Positions 39,013 to 54,400 of a stretch of DNA of 64,000 nucleotides are shown piece after piece. The notes under the pieces are model-generated. The model did no database searches. It saw only the letters and a program-made list of their open reading frames with translations, and had not been told where the DNA came from. The stretch is from the human T2T-CHM13v2.0 reference genome, Homo sapiens. Positions within the stretch are counted from its first letter, which is position 1. Every line of letters starts with the position of its first letter. The position numbers and the translations under genes are program-made. Location: the NCBI RefSeq assembly GCF_009914755.1, contig NC_060925.1; one strand, written 5' to 3'.

Positions 39013-42000
39013 AAGAAAATGAAATGGATGGACTCATCATCGAATGGATTCGAATGGAATCATCGAATAAAATTGATTGAAATCATCATCCAATGGAATC
39101 GAATGGTATCATTGAATGGAATCGAAGGGAATCATCATCAGATGGAAATGAATGGAATCGTCATAGAATGGAATCGAATGGATTCATTGAATGGAATCAG
39201 ATGGAATCATCGAATGGACTGGAATGGAATCATTGAATGGACTCGAAAGGGATCATTATTGAATGGAATTGAATGGAATCATCGAATGGTCTCGATTGGA
39301 ATCATTATCAAATGGAATCGAATGGAATCACCGAATAAAATCGAATGGAACAATCATCGAATGGACTCAAATGGAATTATCCTCAAATGGAATCGAATGG
39401 AATTATCGAATGCAATCGAATGGAATTATCGAATGCAATCGAATAGAATCATCGAATGGACTCGAATGGAATCATCGAATGGAATGGAATGGAACAGTCA
39501 ATGAACTCGAATGGAATCATCATTGAATGGAATCGAATGGAATCATCGAGTGGAATCGAATGGAATTATGATCAAATGGAATCGAATGTAATCATCATCA
39601 AATGGAATCAAAAATAACCATCAACAATTGGTATTGAATGGAATTGTCATTAAATGGAATTCAAAGGAATCATCATCAAATGGAACCGAATGGAATCCTC
39701 ATTGAATGGAAATGAAAGGGGTCATCATCTAATGGAATCGCATGGAATCATCATCAAATGGAATCGAATGGAATCATCATCAAATGGAATCTAATGGGAT
39801 CATTGAACAGAATTGAATGGAATCGTCATCGAATGAATTGAATGCAATCATCTAATGGTCTCGAATGGAATCATCTTCTAATGGAAAGGAATGGAATCAT
39901 CGCATAGAATCGAATGGAATTATCATCGAATGGAATCGAATGGTATCAACACCAAACGGAAAAAAACGGAATTATCGAATGGAATCGAAGAGAATCTTCG
40001 AACGGACCCGAATGGAATCATCTAATGGAATGGAATGGAATAATCCATGGACTCGAATGCAATCATCATCGAATGGAATCGAATGGAATCATCGAATGGA
40101 CTCGAATGGAATAATCATTGAACGGAATCGAATGGAATCATCATTGGATGGAAATGAATGGAATCATCATCGAAGGGAAATGAAAGGAGTCATCATCTAA
40201 TGGAATTGCATGGAATCATCATAAAATGGAATCGAATGGAATCAACATCAAATGGAATCAAATGGAATCATTGAACGGAATTGAATGGAATCGTCATCGA
40301 ATGAATTGACTGCAATCATCGAATGGTCTCGAATGGAATCATCTTCAAATGGAATGGAATGGAATCATCGCATAGAATCGAATGGAATTATCATCGAATG
40401 GAATCGAATGGAATCAACATCAAACGGAAAAAAACGGAATTATCGAATGGAATCGAAGAGAATCATCGAATGGACCCGAATGGAATCATCTAATGGAATG
40501 GAATGGAATAATCCATGGACTCGAATGCAATCATCATCGAATGGAATCGAATGGAATCATCGAATGGACTCGAATGGAATAATCATTGAACGGAATCGAA
40601 TGGAATCATCATCGGATGGAAATGAATGGAATCATCATCGAATGGAATCGAATAGAATTATGGAATGAAATCCAGTGTGATCATCATCGAATGGACCCGA
40701 ATGGAATCATCATCCAACGGAAGCTAATGGAATCAACATCGAATGAATCGAATGGAAACACCATCGAATTGAAACGAATGGAATTATCATGAAATTGAAA
40801 TGGATGGACTCATCATCGAATGGATTCGAATGGAATCATCGAATAAAATTGATTGAAATCATCATCGAATGGAATCGAATGGTATCATTGAATGGAATCG
40901 AATGGAATCATCATCAGATGGAAATGAATGGAATCGTCATAGAATGGAATCGAATGGATTCATTGAATGGAATCAGATGGAATCATCGAATGGACTGGAA
41001 TGGAATCATTGAATGGACTCGAAAGGGATCATTATTGAATGGAATTGAATGGAATCATCGAATGGTCTCGATTGGAATCATTACCAAATGGAATCGAATG
41101 GAATCACCGAATAGAATCGAATGGAACAATCATCGAATGGACTCAAATGGAATTATCCTCAAATGGAATCGAATGGAATTATCGAATGCAATCGAATGGA
41201 ATTATCGAATGCAATCGAATAGAATCATCGAAAGGACTCGAATGGAATCATCGAATGGAATGGAATGGAACAGTCAATGAACTCGAATGGAATCATCATT
41301 GAATGGAATCGAATGGAATCATCGAGTGGAATCGAATGGAATTATGATCAAATGGAATCGAATGTAATCATCATCAAATGGAATCAAAAATAACCATCAT
41401 CAATTGGTATTGAATGGAATTGTCATCAAATGGAATTCAAAGGAATCATCATCAAATGGAACCGAATGGAATCCTCATTGAATGGAAATGAAAGGGGTCA
41501 TCATCTAATGGAATCGCATGGAATCATCATCAAATGGAATCGAATGGAATCATCATCAAATGGAATCTAATGGAATCATTGAACAGAATTGAATGGAATC
41601 GTCATCGAATGAATTGAATGCAATCATCGAATGGTCTCGAATGGAATCATCTTCTAATGGAAAGGAATGGAATCATCGCATAGAATCGAATGGAATTATC
41701 ATCGAATGGAATCGAATGGTATCAACACCAAACGGAAAAAAACGGAATTATCGAATGGAATCGAAGAGAATCTTCGAACGGACCCGAATGGAATCATCTA
41801 ATGGAATGGAATGGAATAATCCATGGACTCGAATGCAATCATCATCGAATGGAATCGAATGGAGTCATCGAATGGACTCGAATGGAATAATCATTGAACG
41901 GAATCGAATGGAATCATCATCGGATGGAAACGAATGGAATCATCATCGAATGGAAATGAAAGGAGTCATCATCTAATGGAATTGCATGGAATCATCATAA

Positions 42001-44340
42001 AATGGAATCGAATGGAATCAACATCAAATGGAATCAAATGGAATCATTGAACGGAATTGAATGGAATCGTCATCGAATGAATTGACTGCAATCATCGAAT
42101 GGTCTCGAATGGAATCATCTTCAAATGGAATGGAATGGAATCATCGCATAGAATCGAATGGAATTATCATCGAATGGAATCGAATGGAATCAACATCAAA
42201 CGGAAAAAAACAGAATTATCGTATGGAATCTAAGAGAATCATCGAATGGACCCGAATGGAATCATCTAATGGAATGGAACGGAATAATCCATGGACTCGA
42301 ATGCAATCATCATCGAATGGAATCGAATGGAATCATCGAATGGACTCGAATGGAATAATCATTGAACGGAATCGAATGGAATCATCATCGGATGGAAATG
42401 AATGGAATCATCATCGAATGGAATCGAATAGAATTATGGAATGAAATCCAGTGTGATCATCATCGAATGGACCCGAATGGAATCATCATCCAACGGAAGC
42501 TAATGGAATCAACATCGAATGAATCGAATGGAAACACCATCGAATTGAAACGAATGGAATTATCATGAAATTGAAATGGATGGACACATCATCGAATGGA
42601 TTCGAATGGAATCATCGAATAAAATTGATTGAAATCATCATCAAATGGAATCGAATGGTATCATTGAATGGAATCGAATGGAATCATCATCAGATGGAAA
42701 TGAATGGAATCGTCATAGAATGGAATCGAATGGATTCATTGAATGGAATCAGATGGAATCATCGAATGGACTGGAATGGAATCATTGAATGGACTCGAAA
42801 GGGATCATTATTGAATGGAATTGAATGGAATCATCGAATGGTCTCGATTGGAATCATTATCAAATGGAATCGAATGGAATCACCGAATAGAATCGAATGG
42901 AACAATCATCGAATGGACTCAAATGGAATTATCCTCCAATGGAATCGAATGGAATTATCGAATGCAATCGAATGGAATTATCGAATGCAATCGAATAGAA
43001 TCATCGAATGGACTCGAATGGAATCATCGAATGGAATGGAATGGAACAGTCAATGAACTCGAATGGAATCATCATTGAATGGAATCGAATGGAATCATCG
43101 AGTGGAATCGAATGGAATTATGATCAAATGGAATCGAATGTAATCATCATCAAATGGAATCAAAAATAACCATCATCAATTGGTATTGAATGGAATTGTC
43201 ATCAAATGGAATTCAAAGGAATCATCATCAAATGGAACCGAATGGAATCCTCATTGAATGGAAATGAAAGGGGTCATCATCTAATGGAATCGCATGGAAT
43301 CATCATCAAATGGAATCGAATGGAATCATCATCAAATGGAATCTAATGGAATCATTGAACAGAATTGAATGGAATCGTCATCGAATGAATTGAATGCAAT
43401 CATCGAATGGTCTCGAATGGAATCATCTTCTAATGGAAAGGAATGGAATCATCGCATAGAATCGAATGGAATTATCATCGAATGGAATCGAATGGTATCA
43501 ACACCAAACGGAAAAAAACGGAATTATCGAATGGAATCGAAGAGAATCTTCGAACGGACCCGAATGGAATCATCTAATGGAATGGAATGGAATAATCCAT
43601 GGACTCGAATGCAATCATCATCGAATGGAATCGAATGGAATCATCGAATGGACTCGAATGGAATAATCATTGAACGGAATCGAATGGAATCGTCATCGGA
43701 TGGAAATGAATGGAATCATCATCGAAGGGAAATGAAAGGAGTCATCATCTAATGGAATTGCATGGAATCATCATAAAATGGAATCGAATGGAATCAACAT
43801 CAAATGGAATCAAATGGAATCATTGAACGGAATTGAATGGAATCGTCATCGAATGAATTGACTGCAATCATCGAATGGTCTCGAATGGAATCATCTTCAA
43901 ATGGAATGGAATGGAATCATCGCATAGAATCGAATGGAATTATCATCGAATGGAATCGAATGGAATCAACATCAAACGGAAAAAAACGGAATTATCGAAT
44001 GGAATCGAAGAGAATCATCGAATGGACCCGAATGGAATCATCTAATGGAATGGAATGGAATAATCCATGGACTCGAATGCAATCATCATCGAATGGAATC
44101 GAATGGAATCATCGAATGGACTCGAATGGAATAATCATTGAACGGAATCGAATGGAATCATCATCGGATGGAAATGAATGGAATCATCATCGAATGGAAT
44201 CGAATAGAATTATGGAATGAAATCCAGTGTGATCATCATCGAATGGACCCGAATGGAATCATCATCCAACGGAAGCTAATGGAATCAACATCGAATGAAT
44301 CGAATGGAAACACCATCGAATTGAAACGAATGGAATTATC

Positions 44341-46116
44341 ATGAAATTGAAATGGATGGACTCATCATCGAATGGATTCGAATGGAATCATCGAATAAAA
44401 TTGATTGAAATCATCATCGAATGGAATCGAATGGTATCATTGAATGGAATCGAATGGAATCATCATCAGATGGAAATGAATGGAATCGTCATAGAATGGA
44501 ATCGAATGGATTCATTGAATGGAATCAGATGGAATCATCGAATGGACTGGAATGGAATCATTGAATGGACTCGAAAGGGATCATTATTGAATGGAATTGA
44601 ATGGAATCATCGAATGGTCTCGATTGGAATCATTACCAAATGGAATCGAATGGAATCACCGAATAGAATCGAATGGAACAATCATCGAATGGACTCAAAT
44701 GGAATTATCCTCAAATGGAATCGAATGGAATTATCGAATGCAATCGAATGGAATTATCGAATGCAATCGAATAGAATCATCGAATGGACTCGAATGGAAT
44801 CATCGAATGGAATGGAATGGAACAGTCAATGAACTCGAATGGAATCATCATTGAATGGAATCGAATGGAATCATCGAGTGGAATCGAATGGAATTATGAT
44901 CAAATGGAATCGAATGTAATCATCATCAAATGGAATCAAAAATAACCATCATCAATTGGTATTGAATGGAATTGTCATCAAATGGAATTCAAAGGAATCA
45001 TCATCAAATGGAACCGAATGGAATCCTCATTGAATGGAAATGAAAGGGGTCATCATCTAATGGAATCGCATGGAATCATCATCAAATGGAATCGAATGGA
45101 ATCATCATCAAATGGAATCTAATGGAATCATTGAACAGAATTGAATGGAATCGTCATCGAATGAATTGAATGCAATCATCGAATGGTCTCGAATGGAATC
45201 ATCTTCTAATGGAAAGGAATGGAATCATCGCATAGAATCGAATGGAATTATCATCGAATGGAATCGAATGGTATCAACACCAAACGGAAAAAAACGGAAT
45301 TATCGAATGGAATCGAAGAGAATCTTCGAACGGACCCGAATGGAATCATCTAATGGAATGGAATGGAATAATCCATGGACTCGAATGCAATCATCATCGA
45401 ATGGAATCGAATGGAATCATCGAATGGACTCGAATGGAATAATCATTGAACGGAATCGAATGGAATCATCATCGGATGGAAATGAATAGAATCATCATCG
45501 AATGGAAATGAAAGGAGTCATCATCTAATGGAATTGCATGGAATCATCATAAAATGGAATCGAATGGAATCAACATCAAATGGAATCAAATGGAATCATT
45601 GAACGGAATTGAATGGAATCGTCATCGAATGAATTGACTGCAATCATCGAATGGTCTCGAATGGAATCATCTTCAAATGGAATGGAATGGAATCATCGCA
45701 TAGAATCGAATGGAATTATCATCGAATGGAATCGAATGGAATCAACATCAAACGGAAAAAAACGGAATTATCGAATGGAATCGAAGAGAATCATCGAATG
45801 GACCCGAATGGAATCATCTAATGGAATGGAATGGAATAATCCATGGACTCGAATGCAATCATCATCGAATGGAATCGAATGGAATCATCGAATGGACTCG
45901 AATGGAATAATCATTGAACGGAATCGAATGGAATCATCATCGGATGGAAATGAATGGAATCATCATCGAATGGAATCGAATAGAATTATGGAATGAAATC
46001 CAGTGTGATCATCATCGAATGGACCCGAATGGAATCATCATCCAACGGAAGCTAATGGAATCAACATCGAATGAATCGAATGGAAACACCATCGAATTGA
46101 AACGAATGGAATTATC
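44341..46116 (+). repeat. Representative canonical 1,776-bp monomer
   Basis: Anchor-to-anchor distance 44341 to 46117 = 1776. It contains single-copy landmarks (ataaaattgattg, ctcgaaaggg, gaacagtcaat, caaaaataacc, ggaattcaaagg, aaatccagtgtg, cggaagcta) plus two copies of the 468-bp sub-repeat. Confidence 0.95.
45033..45968 (+). repeat. Internal tandem 468-bp sub-repeat pair (A then B) within each monomer; example coordinates
   Basis: 'aatggaaatgaaagg' at 45033 and 45501. A carries ttgaatgca / ttctaatggaaagg / ggtatcaacacc / atcttcgaacgg. B carries ttgactgca / ttcaaatggaatgg / ggaatcaacatc / atcatcgaatgg. Paired ORF starts differ by 468 throughout (688/1156, 43369/43837, 45145/45613). Confidence 0.93.
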
Positions 46117-49100
46117 ATGAAATTGAAATGGATGGACTCATCATCGAATGGATTCGAATGGAATCATCGAATAAAATTGATTGAAATCATCATCGAATGG
46201 AATCGAATGGTATCATTGAATGGAATCGAATGGAATCATCATCAGATGGAAATGAATGGAATCGTCATAGAATGGAATCGAATGGATTCATTGAATGGAA
46301 TCAGATGGAATCATCGAATGGACTGGAATGGAATCATTGAATGGACTCGAAAGGGATCATGATTGAATGGAATTGAATGGAATCATCGAATGGTCTCGAT
46401 TGGAATCATTACCAAATGGAATCGAATGGAATCACCGAATAGAATCGAATGGAACAATCATCGAATGGACTCAAATGGAATTATCCTCAAATGGAATCGA
46501 ATGGAATTATCGAATGCAATCGAATGGAATTATCGAATGCAATCGAATAGAATCATCGAAAGGACTCGAATGGAATCATCGAATGGAATGGAATGGAACA
46601 GTCAATGAACTCGAATGGAATCATCATTGAATGGAATCATCGAGTGGAATCGAATGGAATTATGATCAAATGGAATCGAATGTAATCATCATCAAATGGA
46701 ATCAAAAATAACCATCATCAATTGGTATTGAATGGAATTGTCATCAAATGGAATTCAAAGGAATCATCATCAAATGGAACCGAATGGAATCCTCATTGAA
46801 TGGAAATGAAAGGGGTCATCATCTAATGGAATCGCATGGAATCATCATCAAATGGAATCGAATGGAATCATCATCAAATGGAATCTAATGGAATCATTGA
46901 ACAGAATTGAATGGAATCGTCATCGAATGAATTGAATGCAATCATCGAATGGTCTCGAATGGAATCATCTTCTAATGGAAAGGAATGGAATCATCGCATA
47001 GAATCGAATGGAATTATCATCGAATGGAATCGAATGGTATCAACACCAAACGGAAAAAAACGGAATTATCGAATGGAATCGAAGAGAATCTTCGAACGGA
47101 CCCGAATGGAATCATCTAATGGAATGGAATGGAATAATCCATGGACTCGAATGCAATCATCATCGAATGGAATGGAATGGAATCATCGAATGGACTCAAA
47201 TGGAATAATCATTGAACGGAATCGAATGGAATCATCATCGGATGGAAACGAATGGAATCATCATCGAATGGAAATGAAAGGAGTCATCATCTAATGGAAT
47301 TGCATGGAATCATCATAAAATGGAATCGAATGGAATCAACATCAAATGGAATCAAATGGAATCATTGAACGGAATTGAATGGAATCGTCATCGAATGAAT
47401 TGACTGCAATCATCGAATGTTCTCGAATGGAATCATCTTCAAATGGAATGGAATGGAATCATCGCATAGAATCGAATGGAATTATCATCGAATGGAATCG
47501 AATGGAATCAACATCAAACGGAGAAAAACGCAATTATCGAATGGAATCGAAGAGAATCATCGAATGGACCCGAATGGAATCATCTAATGGAATGGAATGG
47601 AATAATCCATGGACTCGAATGCAATCATCATCGAATGGAATCGAATGGAATCATCGAATGGACTCGAATGGAATAATCATTGAACGGAATCGAATGGAAT
47701 CATCATCGGATGGAAATGAATGGAATCATCATCGAATGGAATCGAATAGAATTATGGAATGAAATCCAGTGTGATCATCATCGAATGGACCCGAATGGAA
47801 TCATCATCCAACGGAAGCTAATGGAATCAACATCGAATGAATCGAATGGAAACACCATCGAATTGAAACGAATGGAATTATCATGAAATTGAAATGGATG
47901 GACTCATCATCGAATGGATTCGAATGGAATCATCGAATAAAATTGATTGAAATCATCATCGAATGGAATCGAATGGTATCATTGAATGGAATCGAATGGA
48001 ATCATCATCAGATGGAAATGAATGGAATCGTCATAGAATGGAATCGAATGGATTCATTGAATGGAATCAGATGGAATCATCGAATGGACTGGAATGGAAT
48101 CATTGAATGGACTCGAAAGGGATCATGATTGAATGGAATTGAATGGAATCATCGAATGGTCTCGATTGGAATCATTATCAAATGGAATCGAATGGAATCA
48201 CCGAATAGAATCGAATGGAACAATCATCGAATGGACTCAAATGGAATTATCCTCAAATGGAATCAAATGGAATTATCGAATGCAATCGAATGGAATTATC
48301 GAATGCAATCGAATAGAATCATCGAAAGGACTCGAATGGAATCATCGAATGGAATGGAATGGAACAGTCAATGAACTCGAATGGAATCATCATTGAATGG
48401 AATCGAATGGAATCATCGAGTGGAATCGAATGGAATTATGATCAAATGGAATCGAATGTAATCATCATCAAATGGAATCAAAAATAACCATCATCAATTG
48501 GTATTGAATGGAATTGTCATCAAATGGAATTCAAAGGAATCATCATCAAATGGAACCGAATGGAATCCTCATTGAATGGAAATGAAAGGGGTCATCATCT
48601 AATGGAATCGCATGGAATCATCATCAAATGGAATCGAATGGAATCATCATCAAATGGAATCTAATGGAATCATTGAACAGAATTGAATGGAATCGTCATC
48701 GAATGAATTGAATGCAATCATCGAATGGTCTCGAATGGAATCATCTTCTAATGGAAAGGAATGGAATCATCGCATAGAATCGAATGGAATTATCATCGAA
48801 TGGAATCGAATGGTATCAACACCAAACGGAAAAAAACGGAATTATCGAATGGAATCGAAGAGAATCTTCGAACGGACCCGAATGGAATCATCTAATGGAA
48901 TGGAATGGAATAATCCATGGACTCGAATGCAATCATCATCGAATGGAATGGAATGGAATCATCGAATGGACTCGAATGGAATAATCATTGAACGGAATCG
49001 AATGGAATCATCATCGGATGGAAACGAATGGAATCATCATCGAATGGAAATGAAAGGAGTCATCATCTAATGGAATTGCATGGAATCATCATAAAATGGA

Positions 49101-49658
49101 ATCGAATGGAATCAACATCAAATGGAATCAAATGGAATCATTGAACGGAATTGAATGGAATCGTCATCGAATGAATTGACTGCAATCATCGAATATTCTC
49201 GAATGGAATCATCTTCAAATGGAATGGAATGGAATCATCGCATAGAATCGAATGGAATTATCATCGAATGGAATCGAATGGAATCAACATCAAACGGAAA
49301 AAAACGGAATTATCGTATGGAATCGAAGAGAATCATCGAATGGACCCGAATGGAATCATCTAATGGAATGGAATGGAATAATCCATGGACTCGAATGCAA
49401 TCATCATCGAATGAAATCGAATGGAATCATCGAATGGACTCGAATGGAATAATCATTGAACGGAATCGAATGGAATCATCATCGGATGGAAATGAATGGA
49501 ATCATCATCGAATGGAATCGAATAGAATTATGGAATGAAATCCAGTGTGATCATCATCGAATGGACCCGAATGGAATCATCATCCAACGGAAGCTAATGG
49601 AATCAACATCGAATGAATCAAATGGAAACACCATCGAATTGAAACGAATGGAATTATC

Positions 49659-50966
49659 ATGAAATTGAAATGGATGGACTCATCATCGAATGGATTCGAA
49701 TGGAATCATCGAATAAAATTGATTGAAATCATCATCGAATGGAATCGAATGGTATCATTGAATGGAATCGAATGGAATCATCATCAGATGGAAATGAATG
49801 GAATCGTCATAGAATGGAATCGAATGGATTCATTGAATGGAATCAGATGGAATCATCGAATGGACTGGAATGGAATCATTGAATGGACTCGAAAGGGATC
49901 ATGATTGAATGGAATTGAATGGAATCATGGAATGGTCTCGATTGGAATCATTATCAAATGGAATCGAATGGAATCACCGAATAGAATCGAATGGAACAAT
50001 CATCGAATGGACTCAAATGGAATTATCCTCAAATGGAATCGAATGGAATTATCGAATGCAATCGAATGGAATTATCGAATGCAATCGAATAGAATCATCG
50101 AAAGGACTCGAATGGAATCATCGAATGGAATGGAATGGAACAGTCAATGAACTCGAATGGAATCATCATTGAATGGAATCGAATGGAATCATCGAGTGGA
50201 ATCGAATGGAATTATGATCAAATGGAATCGAATGTAATCATCATCAAATGGAATCAAAAATAACCATCATCAATTGGTATTGAATGGAATTGTCATCAAA
50301 TGGAATTCAAAGGAATCATCATCAAATGGAACCGAATGGAATCCTCATTGAATGGAAATGAAAGGGGTCATCATCTAATGGAAACGCATGGAATCATCAT
50401 CAAATGGAATCGAATGGAATCATCATCAAATGGAATCTAATGGAATCATTGAACAGAATTGAATGGAATCGTCATCGAATGAATTGAATGCAATCATCGA
50501 ATGGTCTCGAATGGAATCATCTTCTAATGGAAAGGAATGGAATCATCGCATAGAATCGAATGGAATTATAATCGAATGGAATCGAATGGTATCAACACCA
50601 AACGGAAAAAAACGGAATTATCGAATGGAATCGAAGAGAATCTTCGAACGGACCCGAATGGAATCATCTAATGGAATGGAATGGAATAATCCATGGACTC
50701 GAATGCAATCACCATCGAATGGAATCGAATGGAATCATCGAATGGACTCGAATGGAATAATCATTGAACGGAATCGAATGGAATCATCATCGGATGGAAA
50801 TGAATGGAATCATCATCGAATGGAATCGAATAGAATTATGGAATGAAATCCAGTGTGATCATCATCGAATGGACCCGAATGGAATCATCATCCAACGGAA
50901 GCTAATGGAATCAACATCGAATGAATCGAATGGAAACACCATCGAATTGAAACGAATGGAATTATC
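49659..50966 (+). repeat. 1,308-bp short monomer
   Basis: Anchor spacing 1308; A body with B tail; private 'caatcaccatc' variant. Confidence 0.9.
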
Positions 50967-51348
50967 ATGAAATTGAAATGGATGGACTCATCATCGAATG
51001 GATTCGAATGGAATCATCGAATAAAATTGATTGAAATCATCATCAAATGGAATCGAATGGTATCATTGAATGGAATCGAATGGAATCATCATCAGATGGA
51101 AATGAATGGAATCGTCATAGAATGGAATCGAATGGATTCATTGAATGGAATCAGATGGAATCATCGAATGGACTGGAATGGAATCATTGAATGGACTCGA
51201 AAGGCATCATTATTGAATGGAATTGAATGGAATCATCGAATGGTCTCGATTGGAATCATTACCAAATGGAATCGAATGGAATCACCGAATAGAATCGAAT
51301 GGAACAATCATCGAATGGACTCAAATGGAATTATCCTCCAATGGAATC

Positions 51349-51417
51349 GAATGGAATTATCGAATGCAATCGAATGGAATTATCGAATGCAATCGAATGG
51401 AATTATCGAATGCAATC
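51349..51417 (+). repeat. 23-bp unit (gaatggaattatcgaatgcaatc) x3 instead of the usual x2
   Basis: Three exact tandem copies; unit length 1799 = 1776 + 23. Confidence 0.92.
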
Positions 51418-54400
51418 GAATAGAATCATCGAATGGACTCGAATGGAATCATCGAATGGAATGGAATGGAACAGTCAATGAACTCGAATGGAATCATCAT
51501 TGAATGGAATCGAATGGAATCATCGAGTGGAATCGAATGGAATTATGATCAAATGGAATCTAATGGAATCATCATCAAATGGAATCAAAAATAACCATCA
51601 TCAATTGGTATTGAATGGAATTGTCATCAAATGGAATTCAAAGGAATCATCATCAAATGGAACCGAATGGAATCCTCATTGAATGGAAATGAAAGGGGTC
51701 ATCATCTAATGGAATCGCATGGAATCATCATCAAATGGAATCGAATGGAATCATCATCAAATGGAATCTAATGGAATCATTGAACAGAATTGAATGGAAT
51801 CATCATCGAATGAATTGAATGCAATCATCGAATGGTCTCGAATGGAATCATCTTCTAATGGAAAGCAATGGAATCATCGCATAGAATCGAATGGAATTAT
51901 CATCGAATGGAATCGAATGGTATCAACACCAAACGGAAAAAAACGGAATTATCGAATGGAATCGAAGAGAATCTTCGAACGGACCCGAATGGAGTCATCT
52001 AATGGAATGGAATGGAATAATCCATGGACTCGAATGCAATCATCATCGAATGGAATCGAATGGAGTCATCGAATGGACTCGAATGGAATAATCATTGAAC
52101 GGAATCGAATGGAATCATCATCGGATGGAAACGAATGGAATCATCATCGAATGGAAATGAAAGGAGTCATCATCTAATGGAATTGCATGGAATCATCATA
52201 AAATGGAATCGAATGGAATCAACATCAAATGGAATCAAATGGAATCATTGAACGGAATTGAATGGAATCGTCATCGAATGAATTGACTGCAATCATCGAA
52301 TGGTCTCGAATGGAATCATCTTCAAATGGAATGGAATGGAATCATCGAATAGAATCGAATGGAATTATCATCGAATTGAATCGAATGTAATCAACATCAA
52401 ACGGAAAAAAACAGAATTATCGTATGGAATCTAAGAGAATCATCGAATGGACCCGAATGGAATCATCTAATGGAATGGAATGGAATAATCCATGGACTCG
52501 AATGCAATCATCATCGAATGGAATCGAATGGAATCATCGAATGGACTCGAATGGAATAATCATTGAACGGAATCGAATGGAATCATCATCGGATGGAAAT
52601 GAATGGAATCATCATCGAATGGAATCGAATAGAATTATGGAATGAAATCCAGTGTGATCATCATCGAATGGACCCGAATGGAATCATCATCCAACGGAAG
52701 CTAATGGAATCAACATCGAATGAATCGAATGGAAACACCATCGAATTGAAACGAATGGAATTATCATGAAATTGAAATGGATGGACACATCATCGAATGG
52801 ATTCGAATGGAATCATCGAATAAAATTGATTGAAATCATCATCAAATGGAATCGAATGGTATCATTGAATGGAATCGAATGGAATCATCATCAGATGGAA
52901 ATGAATGGAATCGTCATAGAATGGAATCGAATGGATTCATTGAATGGAATCAGATGGAATCATCGAATGGACTGGAATGGAATCATTGAATGGACTCGAA
53001 AGGGATCATTATTGAATGGAATTGAATGGAATCATCGAATGGTCTCGATTGGAATCATTATCAAATGGAATCGAATGGAATCACCGAATAGAATCGAATG
53101 GAACAATCATCGAATGGACTCAAATGGAATTATCCTCAAATGGAATCGAATGGAATTATCGAATGCAATCGAATGGAATTATCGAATGCAATCGAATAGA
53201 ATCATCGAATGGACTCGAATGGAATCATCGAATGGAATGGAATGGAACAGTCAATGAACTCGAATGGAATCATCATTGAATGGAATCGAATGGAATCATC
53301 GAGTGGAATCGAATGGAATTATGATCAAATGGAATCGAATGTAATCATCATCAAATGGAATCAAAAATAACCATCATCAATTGGTATTGAATGGAATTGT
53401 CATCAAATGGAATTCAAAGGAATCATCATCAAATGGAACCGAATGGAATCCTCATTGAATGGAAATGAAAGGGGTCATCATCTAATGGAATCGCATGGAA
53501 TCATCATCAAATGGAATCGAATGGAATCATCATCAAATGGAATCTAATGGAATCATTGAACAGAATTGAATGGAATCGTCATCGAATGAATTGAATGCAA
53601 TCATCGAATGGTCTCGAATGGAATCATCTTCTAATGGAAAGGAATGGAATCATCGCATAGAATCGAATGGAATTATCATCGAATGGAATCGAATGGTATC
53701 AACACCAAACGGAAAAAAACGGAATTATCGAATGGAATCGAAGAGAATCTTCGAACGGACCCGAATGGAATCATCTAATGGAATGGAATGGAATAATCCA
53801 TGGACTCGAATGCAATCATCATCGAATGGAATCGAATGGAATCATCGAATGGACTCGAATGGAATAATCATTGAACGGAATCGAATGGAATCATCATCGG
53901 ATGGAAATGAATGGAATCATCATCGAAGGGAAATGAAAGGAGTCATCATCTAATGGAATTGCATGGAATCATCATAAAATGGAATCGAATGGAATCAACA
54001 TCAAATGGAATCAAATGGAATCATTGAACGGAATTGAATGGAATCGTCATCGAATGAATTGACTGCAATCATCGAATGGTCTCGAATGGAATCATCTTCA
54101 AATGGAATGGAATGGAATCATCGCATAGAATCGAATGGAATTATCATCGAATGGAATCGAATGGAATCAACATCAAACGGAAAAAAACGGAATTATCGAA
54201 TGGAATCGAAGAGAATCATCGAATGGACCCGAATGGAATCATCTAATGGAATGGAATGGAATAATCCATGGACTCGAATGCAATCATCATCGAATGGAAT
54301 CGAATGGAATCATCGAATGGACTCGAATGGAATAATCATTGAACGGAATCGAATGGAATCATCATCGGATGGAAATGAATGGAATCATCATCGAATGGAA

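Larger units (their letters stand above)
39800..52016 (+). repeat. Copy 1 of a large (~10-12 kb) duplication
   Basis: An ordered series of private variants is repeated at 53.5-64 kb: cgaaggga, attacc, ggagtcatc, ggacac, aatgttctc, catggaatggtc, caatcacc, aaggcatc, a 1308-bp unit and the 23-mer triplication. Confidence 0.88.

Noticed and set aside
50967-51503. Longest ORF (178 aa, repeated at 62951) as a candidate gene
   Set aside because: It is created only by the frameshift from the 23-bp triplication; its second copy reflects the segmental duplication, not selection.
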